This document shows positions 38,282-49,666 of a DNA stretch of 64,000 nucleotides, piece by piece; the stretch's first letter is position 1; each line of letters starts with the position of its first letter. Origin of the DNA: Nemertoderma westbladi (taxonomy: Eukaryota; Animalia; Xenacoelomorpha). The translations under genes were made by a program, and so were the position numbers. Where the stretch lies: the NCBI GenBank assembly GCA_032718475.1, contig JAUCBJ010005615.1, forward strand, positions 1 through 64,000, written 5' to 3'. Under the pieces are notes generated by a model that was not told where the DNA came from, ran no database searches, and saw only the letters and a list, made by a program, of their open reading frames with translations.

Positions 38282-38707
38282 AGTGATAGAAACTGCACAA
38301 ATTATATTAGTTGCTGTATAAATAAATGTAAAAATGACATGTTATAATAATATAGCTAGGCCCTACTGGTTATTAATAGCTATACCCCGCCTACCGGTAT
38401 GTAATGCAGTAGGCCTATCTGGCTGTCAGACAAATTTCTACCTATTGTTTACGTGGTAACCCATGACGGCGTTAAGTAATGTCCCCATTAGTGGACATTA
38501 CTTAACGCCGTCATGGGTTACCACGTAAACAATAACACCAAATACAATAATAAATGTACAGGCCAATACAATGCTGTAATGTCCTCTAAAGTTGTAAAGT
38601 GCTAAATAATAACTCGCTGTTAATACTAACAGCGTTGAGTAATGTTACAATTTTGGAATAAAATATATAACTCATACAATACTAAATGTACAGGCCAATA
38701 CAATGCT

Positions 38708-38864
38708 ATTTTAGAGTATTCTGCGCATTGCGTAAAAATGACTTGTTATGTCCGCAAAAGCATTTACACCGCTCCCAGAAAATTAGATTTAAGTCTATAA
38801 ATTCTTAAGTCTATAAAAAATCACAGTTTCTAAAATACAAAATACTCTAAACTATTAGTCCTTC
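38708..38864 (-). mobile_element. Fragment of family A covering the accessory ORF stop, PPT and LTR start
   Basis: Reverse complement GACTAATAGTTTAGAGTATT...ATAGACTTAAATCTAATTTTCTGGGAGCGG|TGTAAATGCTTTTGCGGA matches 1677-1775 and 28891-28950. Confidence 0.75.
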
Positions 38865-38957
38865 TACAAATTTCTAAAATTCTTACAAATTTCTGGAAAA
38901 ATTATTCATTTTGGATTTTTTACTGTAGTATTCCAGTTGTTCATTGATGCCTGCCTA

Positions 38958-39900
38958 TTAATCCATACAAAATCGCGCAGCTCATGTCATGCATATCTCA
39001 AAAAATCGTGCAGGTCATATGAACAATTTCACATTCCTATTTTACAGCTTTGAGCGTTTTAAGCTTATCTTAGTACGGCTGTCTGTCTGTACGTTGAATC
39101 TACATAATACATGTAATTTTTGCAACACCAAAATTGTTAATATTAAAAAATATTTTTTGAATCCACTATATTTACATTTGAAAACACATTACTCTACTGT
39201 ATAAAATTTGAATAAATATGCAATAGTTAAGTCATACTTATAATACATTGCTGCATTGTTACTTTCTGACTTTACCTGTTTACTAACGTAACATAGGCAA
39301 TAGGCTGATAGGCATAGGCCTAATAACAATAGAGTACTGTCACTGTAGTTGAAATAAATAGACAAATTCAGCTCCGGTTGCCTTACAGTATTATGGAGAA
39401 ATGATTCGACAGTTTGAAGAATTGGAAATGAGAAATAACGCGAGCGAAGCGAGCGAAATTTTTTTGTGTATTTTTGTGATTTCAATTAATTTGTGGCGCG
39501 CATCAGAGCTGCGCACTGAGGCGCAACGCGCACCTGTCTCACCCGAACGCGCACCTGTCTCACCCAAACGCGCACCTGTCTCACCCAAACGCGCAACGCG
39601 CACCTGTCTCACCCGAATGCGCACCTGTCTCACCCAAACGCGCAACGCGCATCTGGTTTGCAGTCATTCGCGCAGGTACGCGTCCGAGTTTTGCAGCATG
39701 AATTCCAACCTGGCCCTACAGCAGTACAGTCTGACAGTGGCCAGGTTGGAATTCATGCATGAGCGTGCAGGTACGCTTTGTTGTTACGAGAACACCGCGC
39801 ACCTGAAATTGGCTCGTCGCGCACCTGAAATTGCACCTCATCATAATCCATACAAAATCGCGCAGCTCATGTCAGCATGTCATGCATATCTCAAAAAATC
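38958..39900. mobile_element. hAT-type MITE family copy/copies (TIR CCAGGTTGGAATTCATGC)
   Basis: Reverse complement of 48116-49025; TIRs at 39696-39713 and 39741-39758; internal CGCACCTGTCTCACCC tandem repeats. Confidence 0.8.
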
Positions 39901-40117
39901 GCTCAAAAAATTTAAAAGTACATGTAGCGATTTTGCTCCCATTGGCACTGCAAAGCAATTATTATATCCCCCCCCCCCCCCCCCCCACAGTGTTCTAATA
40001 TAGTATATGGCGAAAAATTTGATTTCCAAGGCATTGATGTATGCAGGAAGATGTGCTCACATACTGTATTTTGTATTTAGAAAACTTTTGAGTGATTGTA
40101 ATGGTAAGTGCTAAAAT

Positions 40118-40252
40118 GCACAACGAGCAACAATGACCAGCAACGAGCAACAACGAACAACAATGAGCAACAACGAGCACCAATGTGCAACAAGGAGCAA
40201 TAACGAGCAACAATGAGCAATAACGAGCAACAATGAGCAGCAATGAGCAACC
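40118..40252. repeat. 10-bp tandem repeat (CAAYGAGCAA)
   Basis: Direct reading. Confidence 0.85.
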
Positions 40253-41079
40253 AAAATAGCAATAAATTTTGGTGGTAGGGGCCTAACCAAAACAATAAAC
40301 GAAATTTAAGACATGTTACAACATTATGGGTCCGGTCACAAAAAGCTGAGGTACAGTAATAAGGGTCCGATCAATAATACACAAGTAAAACATACAAAAA
40401 TACACAATATAACGCTTCAATGCGGTATTTAGAATTATTATTAATTAATGGTATAATAATAATTAATATGTATTAATTAATACAGTATAAAGGCCATAAA
40501 GTTTAAGATAAAGAAGCTGAAAATAATGTTAGTTTTTTTTCTTGTATTCTATGATACATAAAGGATAATTACATTATTATAATTGCATTAAACATACTGT
40601 ATAATATAGAACTTATGTCCATTAACTTTGTACGAATTATCTGCATTGCTATTCCCACAGCAGAAGTTTCCAATAATGCGATTTCGTCGTTAAGGCTGTG
40701 ACGGTGACCCTCCTGTGTATCAATACCGTTTTCATTTTCACCGCAATCCCACAGCGCCAGTTTAGTTTGTACTGTAGCTTAGTTTGGAGTTTTGATGCGT
40801 GGTATGTGTAGACATCTATAGGTATCTGGATCGTTCGTCAATAGTCTCTGTGTCTCTCCTTTGTATATTTATTGCTAAATTCATCAATTATTCTAGAATC
40901 AACCTGCAATAAAAATAAAATGTTAGTTAGTTATTTTCATAATTGCAGGGCAGTGATGGCAAAATACAGCACGAGTACATGCAACTTTTAAAAGTTCATA
41001 TCTCAGCAATTCCTCAAAGAAGTTCAGAGTTTGTTACTGTACATATTGTAATTTGTGGAAGATAGGTGCCATACAGTAT

Positions 41080-41252
41080 AGTTTGGTGTAAGTTGGATGC
41101 TGCTGTGTTAAAGTTGGGTGTATTTGCAGAGTTGGGTGTAGATGGGTGGTATAGTTGGGTGTAGTTGGTGAAAGTTGGGTGTAGTTGGGTGAAAGTTGGG
41201 TGTAGTTGGCCAAGTTGGGTGAAAGTTGGGTGTAGTTGGGTGTAGTTGGGTG
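41080..41252. repeat. 10-bp tandem repeat (AGTTGGGTGT) inside a probable non-autonomous element
   Basis: Direct reading; followed by GGCGCA repeats ending GGCGCACAAAACATAGAGATTC. Confidence 0.8.
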
Positions 41253-41479
41253 ATTAGGCTGACCCCCTTTTTTCACTATTTTGTCGGCGCAAATTTTTTC
41301 GGCTGGCGCAAAAAAAATTAAGGTTGGCGCACAGGTACTTTGAGCTGGCGCAGATTTTTTTGACCCTTGGCGCACCTTCGGCGCACAAAACATAGAGATT
41401 CCAGTCTGGTGTACGTTGCATCTACATAATAAATGTAAATGCAACAATTGTCAATATTAGAAAATATTTGAAAAGGGTC

Positions 41480-42460
41480 TTTTTTCTCGGTCCGAAGAAT
41501 CTCTACAAAAAAATACAAAATAGTACAATATAGTACAAAAGAGTACAATAAAGTGCAAAAATAGCACAAAAGAGTGCAAAAATAGTACAAAAGAGTACAA
41601 ACGAGTGAGAAAAGCATAGAAAACGTGTATACCAGTCTGCCAAGTGTAGTAGTACCGGTATACACTACACTACACTTGTATACTCACTATACAAATATAA
41701 TTAATTGTAAGTAAATGCAACGGCACCTAAATATGCGCTGCTACACACTACAGTGTCAATAACTAGCGGCCTTGGTTCTGTGGCCAAGTACTGAAGTATG
41801 AAATGATGGACAGAAATTTGATTCATGTAGATTTTGACTGGCATACAAGTAGAAATAGGCTACTCTTCGTATAATACAATATAATGCAATACATACTACC
41901 GGTCAGCCGGTATGCATTGGGTAGATAAAACTCCTTGAGACTCAAAATTTAGGTCATAGTCTTAAAGTAGCCCATATACTGAAGGATAGGCTGTATGCTA
42001 CGTTATGTCAGTAGGCTATGTATGTACGCCTCTATCTGCAACTTTATTGAGTTCTCCCACTGCAATTTTGTGGGCTTGGGACCGTTTTTTGTGTTTTTTT
42101 GAATACAAAAAGCTGCATTAAAACTCATACAGTAGAGTAAGATTGTATTGTAATACTCTCTGACTGCTAGACAGCTAGATCAACTCCCCCGCTCAATGCA
42201 TGGCTCGCCCCAAAATCAGACAATGCTTTGTTTTATTTTGCACATCATGTGCGGGTGCGCCCCCCTCTACACGATTTGAACTACACTTGGCAGCTTGAAT
42301 ACACGTTTTGCAAGCGTTTCTCACTCGTTTGTACTCTTTTGTACTATTTTTGCACTCTTTTGTACTATTTTTGCACTTTATTGTACTCTTTTGTATTATT
42401 TTGTAATATATATTGTACTATTTTGTACTTTTTTGTACAAATTCGTCCGACCCTTTTTTC
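41480..42460. repeat. Inverted pair of about 170-bp dispersed repeats (GTACAAAA subrepeats)
   Basis: 41480-41650 is the reverse complement of 42280-42460. Confidence 0.75.
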
Positions 42461-43027
42461 TCAGTAATATTTTTAAAATTGAGATAATTAATCTAACTTT
42501 TTTTCACAAATTTCCAGAAGATTAGCTAAAAAGCGTCTTTTTTTAACGAATTTTTTTCTTTTTTTTAACGAATTTTTTACTTTTTTTAAACGAAATTTTA
42601 CTTTTTTTAACTAATTTTTACTTTTTTTAACTAATTTTTACTTTTTTTAACTAATTTTTTACTTTTTTTTAACTATTTTTTTTAGTTACCGGTAATGAAC
42701 TAATTTATTAGGCCTACAATACTGCAATATGCAATATAACAGTATAATAATCAAATTTATACATACTTTCATATAATTGAGTAAGTTCCTGGTGCATAAC
42801 AGCATAATGATTATATTACAATGTAGACCGAGGTCAGGTAGCTTACTGCTGTACTGTACAGCCAGGGTTGGCAACCAATGGTTTTTCTCACCATTGGTTT
42901 TTTATGGTTTTTTGGTTTAACCAACTTTAAAAAAAAGGCGAAAAAATTGGTTTTTTATGGTTTTTTATGGTTTTTCATAAAATTTTACAATTAACACTGT
43001 AAATAATATAAAGCAAACTGGTAGTAG

Positions 43028-43365
43028 CGTTTCTTTTTCATTTTACACTGTCAGACTGTTAGAATGAAAAAATTTCGAACACTTTGAGTTTTGCTCGCGT
43101 TTCTTTTTCATTTTGCACTGTTACATTACATGTACTATGTACAGATGTAGAATGAAAAAATTTCGATCACTTTGAGTTTTGCTCTCGTTTCTTTTTTTTT
43201 ATTTTGCACTGTTAGAAGGAAAAAATTTCGCTCACTTATGAGTTTTGCTCGCGAGTCTTTATCTTATCATTTTGCACTGTTCAGCTGTTAGATTAGAATG
43301 AACAAATTTCTCTCACTTTGAGTTTTGCTCGCGTTTCTTTTTCATCTGTTCATTTTGCAATGTTA
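43028..43365. repeat. About 60-80-bp degenerate tandem repeat (AAAATTTCG..CACTTTGAGTTTTGCTCGCGTTTC)
   Basis: Four to five units visible. Confidence 0.75.
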
Positions 43366-43921
43366 ATGAAAAGGTTTTGCTCGCTTTGCTGGCGTATGTT
43401 TCTCGTTTACATTGTTAAAATGTGGTGTGTGCGTTTTTTTCGGTGCATGCGCGGTATATTGTCCAATATTGCGTGGCTGAAAAATTGTGCGCAGGCGTTG
43501 TGCACGGTTCAGTGGTGGTTTGCAGCCTGGCGTGCAGTGGAGCAGTGGTGCAGTGCAGACGTCTGGACGTGGGTATGTATTTTTACGTTGTATGTTGTTA
43601 GTATTTTGTCACATGCTGCATGGGACATGGGCTGATGGGTTGGATGAGAGTAAGGCAGTAAGGACAGAACAGCCGCTACCTTTTGTCAAATAAACAATGC
43701 AGGAGAGGTCCAGGATGAGTGACAGCCGGTGTCCGCCAGCCCCGGGATGCGCCAGCAGTGCAGTACCTATTAATCAGTTAACTCTTCTTGACGCCGCTTG
43801 GAAAACTAACCAGACCGTGATTTATTTTTGAACTGTTTTTCCACCAACCAGCCAACCTGGCTATAGAATGTTGTTGGTTGCTACAGTATATGGCACCAAC
43901 ATAGTATATATAGTATACAGG

Positions 43922-44427
43922 CAGTCGGGGAGAAGTTCTATTTTCAACTGAGTTGAAATTTCAACTTTATTTTTTAAAATTCAACTTTTTATTAAAATTC
44001 AACTTTTGGAGTAGAGTTTAAAATTCCACTTTTTTTTAAAATTCAACTTTTTGAGTAGCTTTGGAAATACTGAAATATGGAATTGGAATCCATTACTGGT
44101 ATTCCATTGTATAATAATTATGACATTTAGCGTTAATTAAATACATCTAATAAATTCCCGTAGTATTTCAGCTAATTTGCAAATGTAATCACTTAAAATG
44201 TTTTTAAAAAAAGTGTTCCCGACGGTGAAAGTTTTTATTCCATCGGTAATGAGGGTTAATTTTTCGAGTTACATCCATAAAAACATTAAAAACACCCCTT
44301 CTGTCACGTCTTGGGGGCCTTCTGTCCCTCCTGCCATTTTAGAGTTGAATTTACAACTTAAAAGTTGAATTTTAAAAAAAAAGTTTTAAATTTCAACTCA
44401 GTTGAAATTTGAACTTCTCCCCGACTG
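43922..44427. mobile_element. MITE with TIR CAGTCGGGGAGAAGTTC
   Basis: Perfect 17-bp TIR, subterminal TTCAACT repeats; ACAGG direct repeat on both flanks. Confidence 0.85.
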
Positions 44428-45032
44428 ACAGGTATAGACTGATAAGAAGCAGCAATGAGAATGCTAAGGGAATAAACAATCGCACAGATACTGAAAACCG
44501 TCATGTCACCATGTCAGTCTGTCCTTCTTTGTGCTGTTGTGAGTTTATTAACATATAATATACCTTTACTTTCGCTGTTTCGGGGCCATTATATAGTTAA
44601 CCATATGCAGCCAAGTGCCTACAAGTCCAACCTAGTGTCAGTCTGTCAGTTATTGAAACCACGTGTCTGCGAGTGCAACCGGCTGACCGGATGCCAGTAA
44701 TTAATCTAAGTCCAACCGGGCGGCCAAAGTGTCAGTTAGTACAATAAAACAAGTGCTGTCGCTGTGCTGTGGGCTGTGGCATGTCAGCATGTGGCGCATC
44801 CCGGGGCTGAAGGACATCATCTGTCACTCACCCTGGCAGCCTGGACCTACAACTGTCTGCCTGTACAATGTTTATTTGCCATTAGGTAGCGGCAGCCGCA
44901 CTCTTTAAATCATATCGCTTTTAAGTAGGCCTACAGAAGTAGGCCTACCTGACTTCAGTCTGCATGAGTGCTGTGCACTTCTTACTGCAGTACTGCTACT
45001 GGTCCCCAATGCCTAATCATTAAAATCACATA

Positions 45033-45925
45033 CCGGTGTAACAGCGGATTCAGTCCCCCGAAGAATCGGTCCCCCCCGGACCGGATCTGCTAGCGGATTT
45101 AGTCCCCCGGACCCAATCCGCTAGCAGATTTGGTCTCCCTAGGACCAAATCTGCTAGCGGATTGGGTCCTCGTTCGCGGATTTGGTCCCCCCAATGTTAT
45201 TGCAATAAATTCAAAATACACTGCCAGACTGCTCCGTTCCCTTCCTTATTGTCAATGGTTACAGTACTGGCAGACCGGTTATTCAGTATGTATCGTTTAT
45301 TGTTCTGGTTTGAAAACATTGTCTGTGTAACCTGCTCCTCCCCAATTTCGTAGTACGATAAATTTATTGTAATGAGGTTATATTGTTTTAGCCTTTTTAT
45401 TATTAGAAAATATATCCTCCCCACCTGCAAACTAATAATATGAATGAATATGAATAACTGTTACTCAGTTGGGTTTAGGTGTAACAGTTGAACTGAATAT
45501 ACCACCCCCCCCCCCCCCCCACCCCGAAAATACTATCAGTACATATATTAGGCCTAGGTAATGAGGCCTGACAACTCGAACTACAGTATGTTTATTACTG
45601 TAATAGGGACAGTACAGTATCTTCCTCCTCATCATGTAATCATCCCTCATCCATAATGAATCTATAATGTTGAATTTTAATCAGTCTGCAGGTCTGACCG
45701 ATAATTTAATGCATAAGCTACGCCTACGTTGCTATGTCCGTACCAGTACTGCTGCACTCAGCACTGTCTGACTGTACTGTAAAATTATAATTTAAGGGGG
45801 GGACTCAATCTGCGGAGGGGGGACAGAATCCGCTAGCGGATTCGGTCCCCCCGGACTCAATCCGCTAGCGGATTCGGTCCCCCCGGACCATATCCGCGGG
45901 GGGACAGAATCCGCTGTTACACCGG
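45033..45925. mobile_element. MITE with TIR CCGGTGTAACAGCGGATTC, TA flanks
   Basis: Inverted termini with subterminal CCGCTAGCGGATT..GTCCCCC repeats. Confidence 0.85.
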
Positions 45926-46098
45926 TACGGATTATTCTCCATACTGCCATAGGAATCCATTACATACGCACATACGCGTATGCGTATGTGCATACGGATA
46001 CGGATACGGCGAAAAGTTATACCAAAGTACAGCATGTATGTAGTATGTATATGTATTCCAAAATTGTAACATTACGAAATGTTTGAATATATATTATA

Positions 46099-47891
46099 TG
46101 TTGCGATATATGGCGTTGTGTACAGAACAACCCGTTATACAGTATAAAATAAGTTAGATAAGTGCGTATTGATATGCAACCGTAATAATTAGATAGGGTA
46201 AATAAAAAATACACAAGTTCATTTTATATTCAGTCGATTTTATACAGTATGTAGCCCTATTTACGTCATTTTATAATAAAACCCTGATATATTCATTTGC
46301 GGTGGCAAAATTATTTAAAACAAAAATGAATTTTGCCGTTTTCCAATATCTATCGAATCTAATACATTTATGCTAATTTTATTTACATATCCCTATAAAT
46401 CGATGTTTGTGCTAAAATAACGCCTAAATTGTGCTTTTAATAATCGCCAAATTAAGTTGAGGCGATTACGTGCATTAATGATCCCAAATTGAGTTCTGCC
46501 CACTGGTTGGTCGAAAATCCAGCTGAGACAACCCTGGATGTCGCCTGATTATGTGAGCAAATTTGGACTTTGCGTCATTCCTACAGTTTAGCAGTAGCCA
46601 TCTTTATTCTTCGTTTTTTGCACTTCCGTTGGTTGTAAATGTTGCTGCTTTCTTCATACATTTGTGACTTTTGAATATGATTACTGCTTAGTCTGACTGT
46701 TGATTATATATTTCTGATTGCAAATATAATTGTCGCAATGTAGTGAACCAAAATCAACGTTTGTTTCCTTCGACTGTCTGACTGTCTGATTGGTTTTTAC
46801 TATGTTTGCGCCGTCACGGTAACTGCCCTCTTTAACATGTTGGGCTAGGGGTAGGCGCCGCGGGCTCACTGTTTGGAAGCGACGGGAGAAGTTGGAGGAT
46901 CCAATGCACGGCACTACCGGCGGGGCTGGTGGCTGCGGTTGGCTGAATTAAGTTTAGGACCGAGGGCCGGTCGCCATTAAGGCTGTAAGGGGCAAGGCGA
47001 CCTAGATCTTGTCTCTCAGATTTGCTATTAGGCTAGCTAGGTTTAGGTAGAAAGATCACATTGATCTGGGGTGACCTTAGCCGTTTACGCTAATGCTAAT
47101 GCTACGTTTATGCTAATGCTACTTTATGCTAATGCTACACTAATGCTAACGCTACGCTAATGCTAACGCTATTTATGTGTAATGTTTTAGATAGGTGCTA
47201 TATAATATACCGTACCTTGATTGTTTCTGTTTTCTATTTATGCTTGTTAAATTACTGTTAGCTCCAATAATACGGTATTTAGGCTGTCTTTAGTGTAGCC
47301 CAGTAACGTAACTAATTAGCGTTACAAATTCTGGAATACCTAATAATTAGTTCGCAACCCCGTACATTTGAGTAAATGTAGTTTATGTATGATAGTATTT
47401 AGAATAAAATAAGGACTTACGCTGCATAGCGGAGAATAGTTTTAGTTATTTACACTTTGGAAATACAGAAATATCTTTGGACAAATTTACACTAGGTGGT
47501 TATCTAAAAAATAGTGGGTTTGCAAGTCTATACAGTAGTTGCAAGCGTAGCGAGCAGTAATATAGCTGATTACAGTCAGAGCTAAGGGTACCAGGGTTTA
47601 GGTAAATAATTTCCCCCCTTTTGCATTATTAAATATTCTCACATTCAACATTTGTCCGCCTGACGAACTGCTTTATTTCTCTGTGAAGGGTGAACAATTG
47701 GAGTGTTAAGTCACCAACACTCGTATTAAGTAGCTTGGGAAGCCAAATCAGATTTATTGTTTTGGTTGTTTCTGTTTTGGCTTGTGTTTAGGGCAATTAG
47801 CTTGGTATGTTATAGTTTGATTAACCTCATTGTTTCATTCGAAAATACGAACATATCAAAAGGAAGAATCCCCTTTGAGATTTCTTTAACA
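46099..47891 (+). repeat. 5' LTR of element C (1793 bp)
   Basis: Near-identical to 55992-57778 (about 8 substitutions and 6 small indels counted by eye). Confidence 0.97.
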
Positions 47892-48115
47892 GTAAACGGC
47901 TTTTATTTTTTTTGTTCACTATTCATAGAGAATACAGTAATTCGTTAGGCTCTTAGGGTAAATTGTAAAATTAGTAAATTCAAAATTAGTAGCTAGGTTT
48001 GTGAGAATTCAGTTTCGGCCAAAATTATTTATATAATAAAATTTAGGGTTTTAGTACTGGTATGTTGGATAACCGCTTAATTATTTTATACCATCTGGAG
48101 ATACATGGCGAGATG

Positions 48116-49025
48116 CCAGGTTGGAATTCATGCTGCAAAACTCGGACGCGTACCTGCGCGAATGACCGCAAACCAGATGCGCGTTGCGCGTTTGGGTGAG
48201 ACAGGTGCGCGTTCGGGTGTGAGACAGGTGCGCGTTGCGCCTCAGCGCGCAGCTCTGCCTCTGATGCGCACCACAAATTAATTGAAATCACGAAAATACA
48301 CAAAAAAATTTCGCTCGCTGCGCTCGCATTAGTTTCTCATTTACAATTCTTCAAACAGTCAAATCACTTCACCATAATCTGATAATACTGTAATACCGGC
48401 AACTGGAGCTGAATTTGTCTATTTATTTTAACTACAGTGCTCTATTGTTGTATTGTTATTAGGTCTATGCTATGCCGATGTTACGTTAGTAAACAGGTAA
48501 AGTCAGAAAGTAACAATGTATTATAAGTATGACTTAATTATAAGCCAACTGTATGTTTAAGCCTAATTGTTAGGTAGGCCTATACAAAGTATTATTGGCA
48601 GACTGGTACCTATTTCAATATTCGTTTTTTTGAAATTACCGGTACATGTTTTGTTTGTAATCTAAAATAATATTTTCTGTTATAAAAGCAGTGAGCCCGA
48701 TGGGCCACCATAGTAGTGGATTAAAAAAATATTTTTTAATATTAACAATTTTGATGTTGCAAAAATTACATTTATTATGTAAGCCTAGATTCAACGTACA
48801 GACAGACAGACGTAAAGATAAGCTTAAAACGCTCAAACTTGTAAAATAGGAATGTAAAATTGTTCTTATGAACTGTGCGATTTTTTGAGATATGCATGAC
48901 ATGAGCTGCGCGATTTTGTTTGGATTATGACATATGATGAGGTGCGCGACGAGCCAATTTCAGGTGCGCGGTGATTTCAAAACAACAAAGCGTACCTGCG
49001 CGCTCATGCATGAATTCCAACCTGG
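48116..49025. mobile_element. hAT-type MITE inserted in the 5' leader of element C
   Basis: TIR CCAGGTTGGAATTCATGC; 8-bp TSD GCGAGATG at 48108-48115 and 49026-49033. Confidence 0.9.
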
Positions 49026-49666
49026 GCGAGATGGAACTTCTGATGCTGGGGTTTGTGTGGGTCTACGGGTTTGGTTCGCAATCAGCAACGAGTCTGAAGC
49101 CTAGAACGCGGACGTGGAATCTCACAGCGAACAGGGTTAGTTGTTCTGTTGGTAACAGTGTGTTTGTGGAAGCAGTAAAAAATTACCGGTTGTTTGACTG
49201 CGAAACTGAACTCAGTTTATTAGTTAGGTTAGTTAGGTTTAGCCGGCCATGGTGTTTTGGATCGCTCAGTTGGAGATAGTGTCGCAACCTGAAGGTGTAG
49301 CCACGCGCTAGTGGATACATATAATATTTAAAAATAAAATTACGTTGATTTTGAGCTATATATAAAATTAGAAATATTTTGGGTGACAAATTTATTTTTT
49401 TGAATTTTTGAATTAGATTCAAATTATTTTCGTGTCATACCGGTATTTAAATGCTGTATAATAGCTATAGAGCTACATTTTGTTTAAATATTATAGTGGT
49501 ATTTACCATAATTATATACAATTAAATTCATAATATTTGATATTTTGAGACCAAATAAATTATTTTGACAAATAATTTAATCGAAATTTCGATTAAATTA
49601 ATATATATCTCGAAATTTTGCGAGATTTTAGCCGAAAGGCAAATAACTATATATATACTTTAAACA

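Larger units (their letters stand above)
37414..38660. mobile_element. Second copy of the long-TIR element, with nested MITE and 15-bp array
   Basis: TAACTATTTACATACTTG...CCGAGTGGCTTTGTTACACGAACG start; same hairpin at 38443-38533. Confidence 0.75.

Noticed and set aside
37942-38347. MYMYI / YVHIH repeat proteins
   Set aside because: Translations of the 15-bp tandem array.
39401-40003. 200-aa ORF
   Set aside because: Runs across MITE internal repeats and TIR junctions; no transposase motifs.
46681-46914. Duplicated 77-aa ORF (also 56575-56808)
   Set aside because: Duplicated only because it lies in the two LTRs; non-ATG start and no motif.
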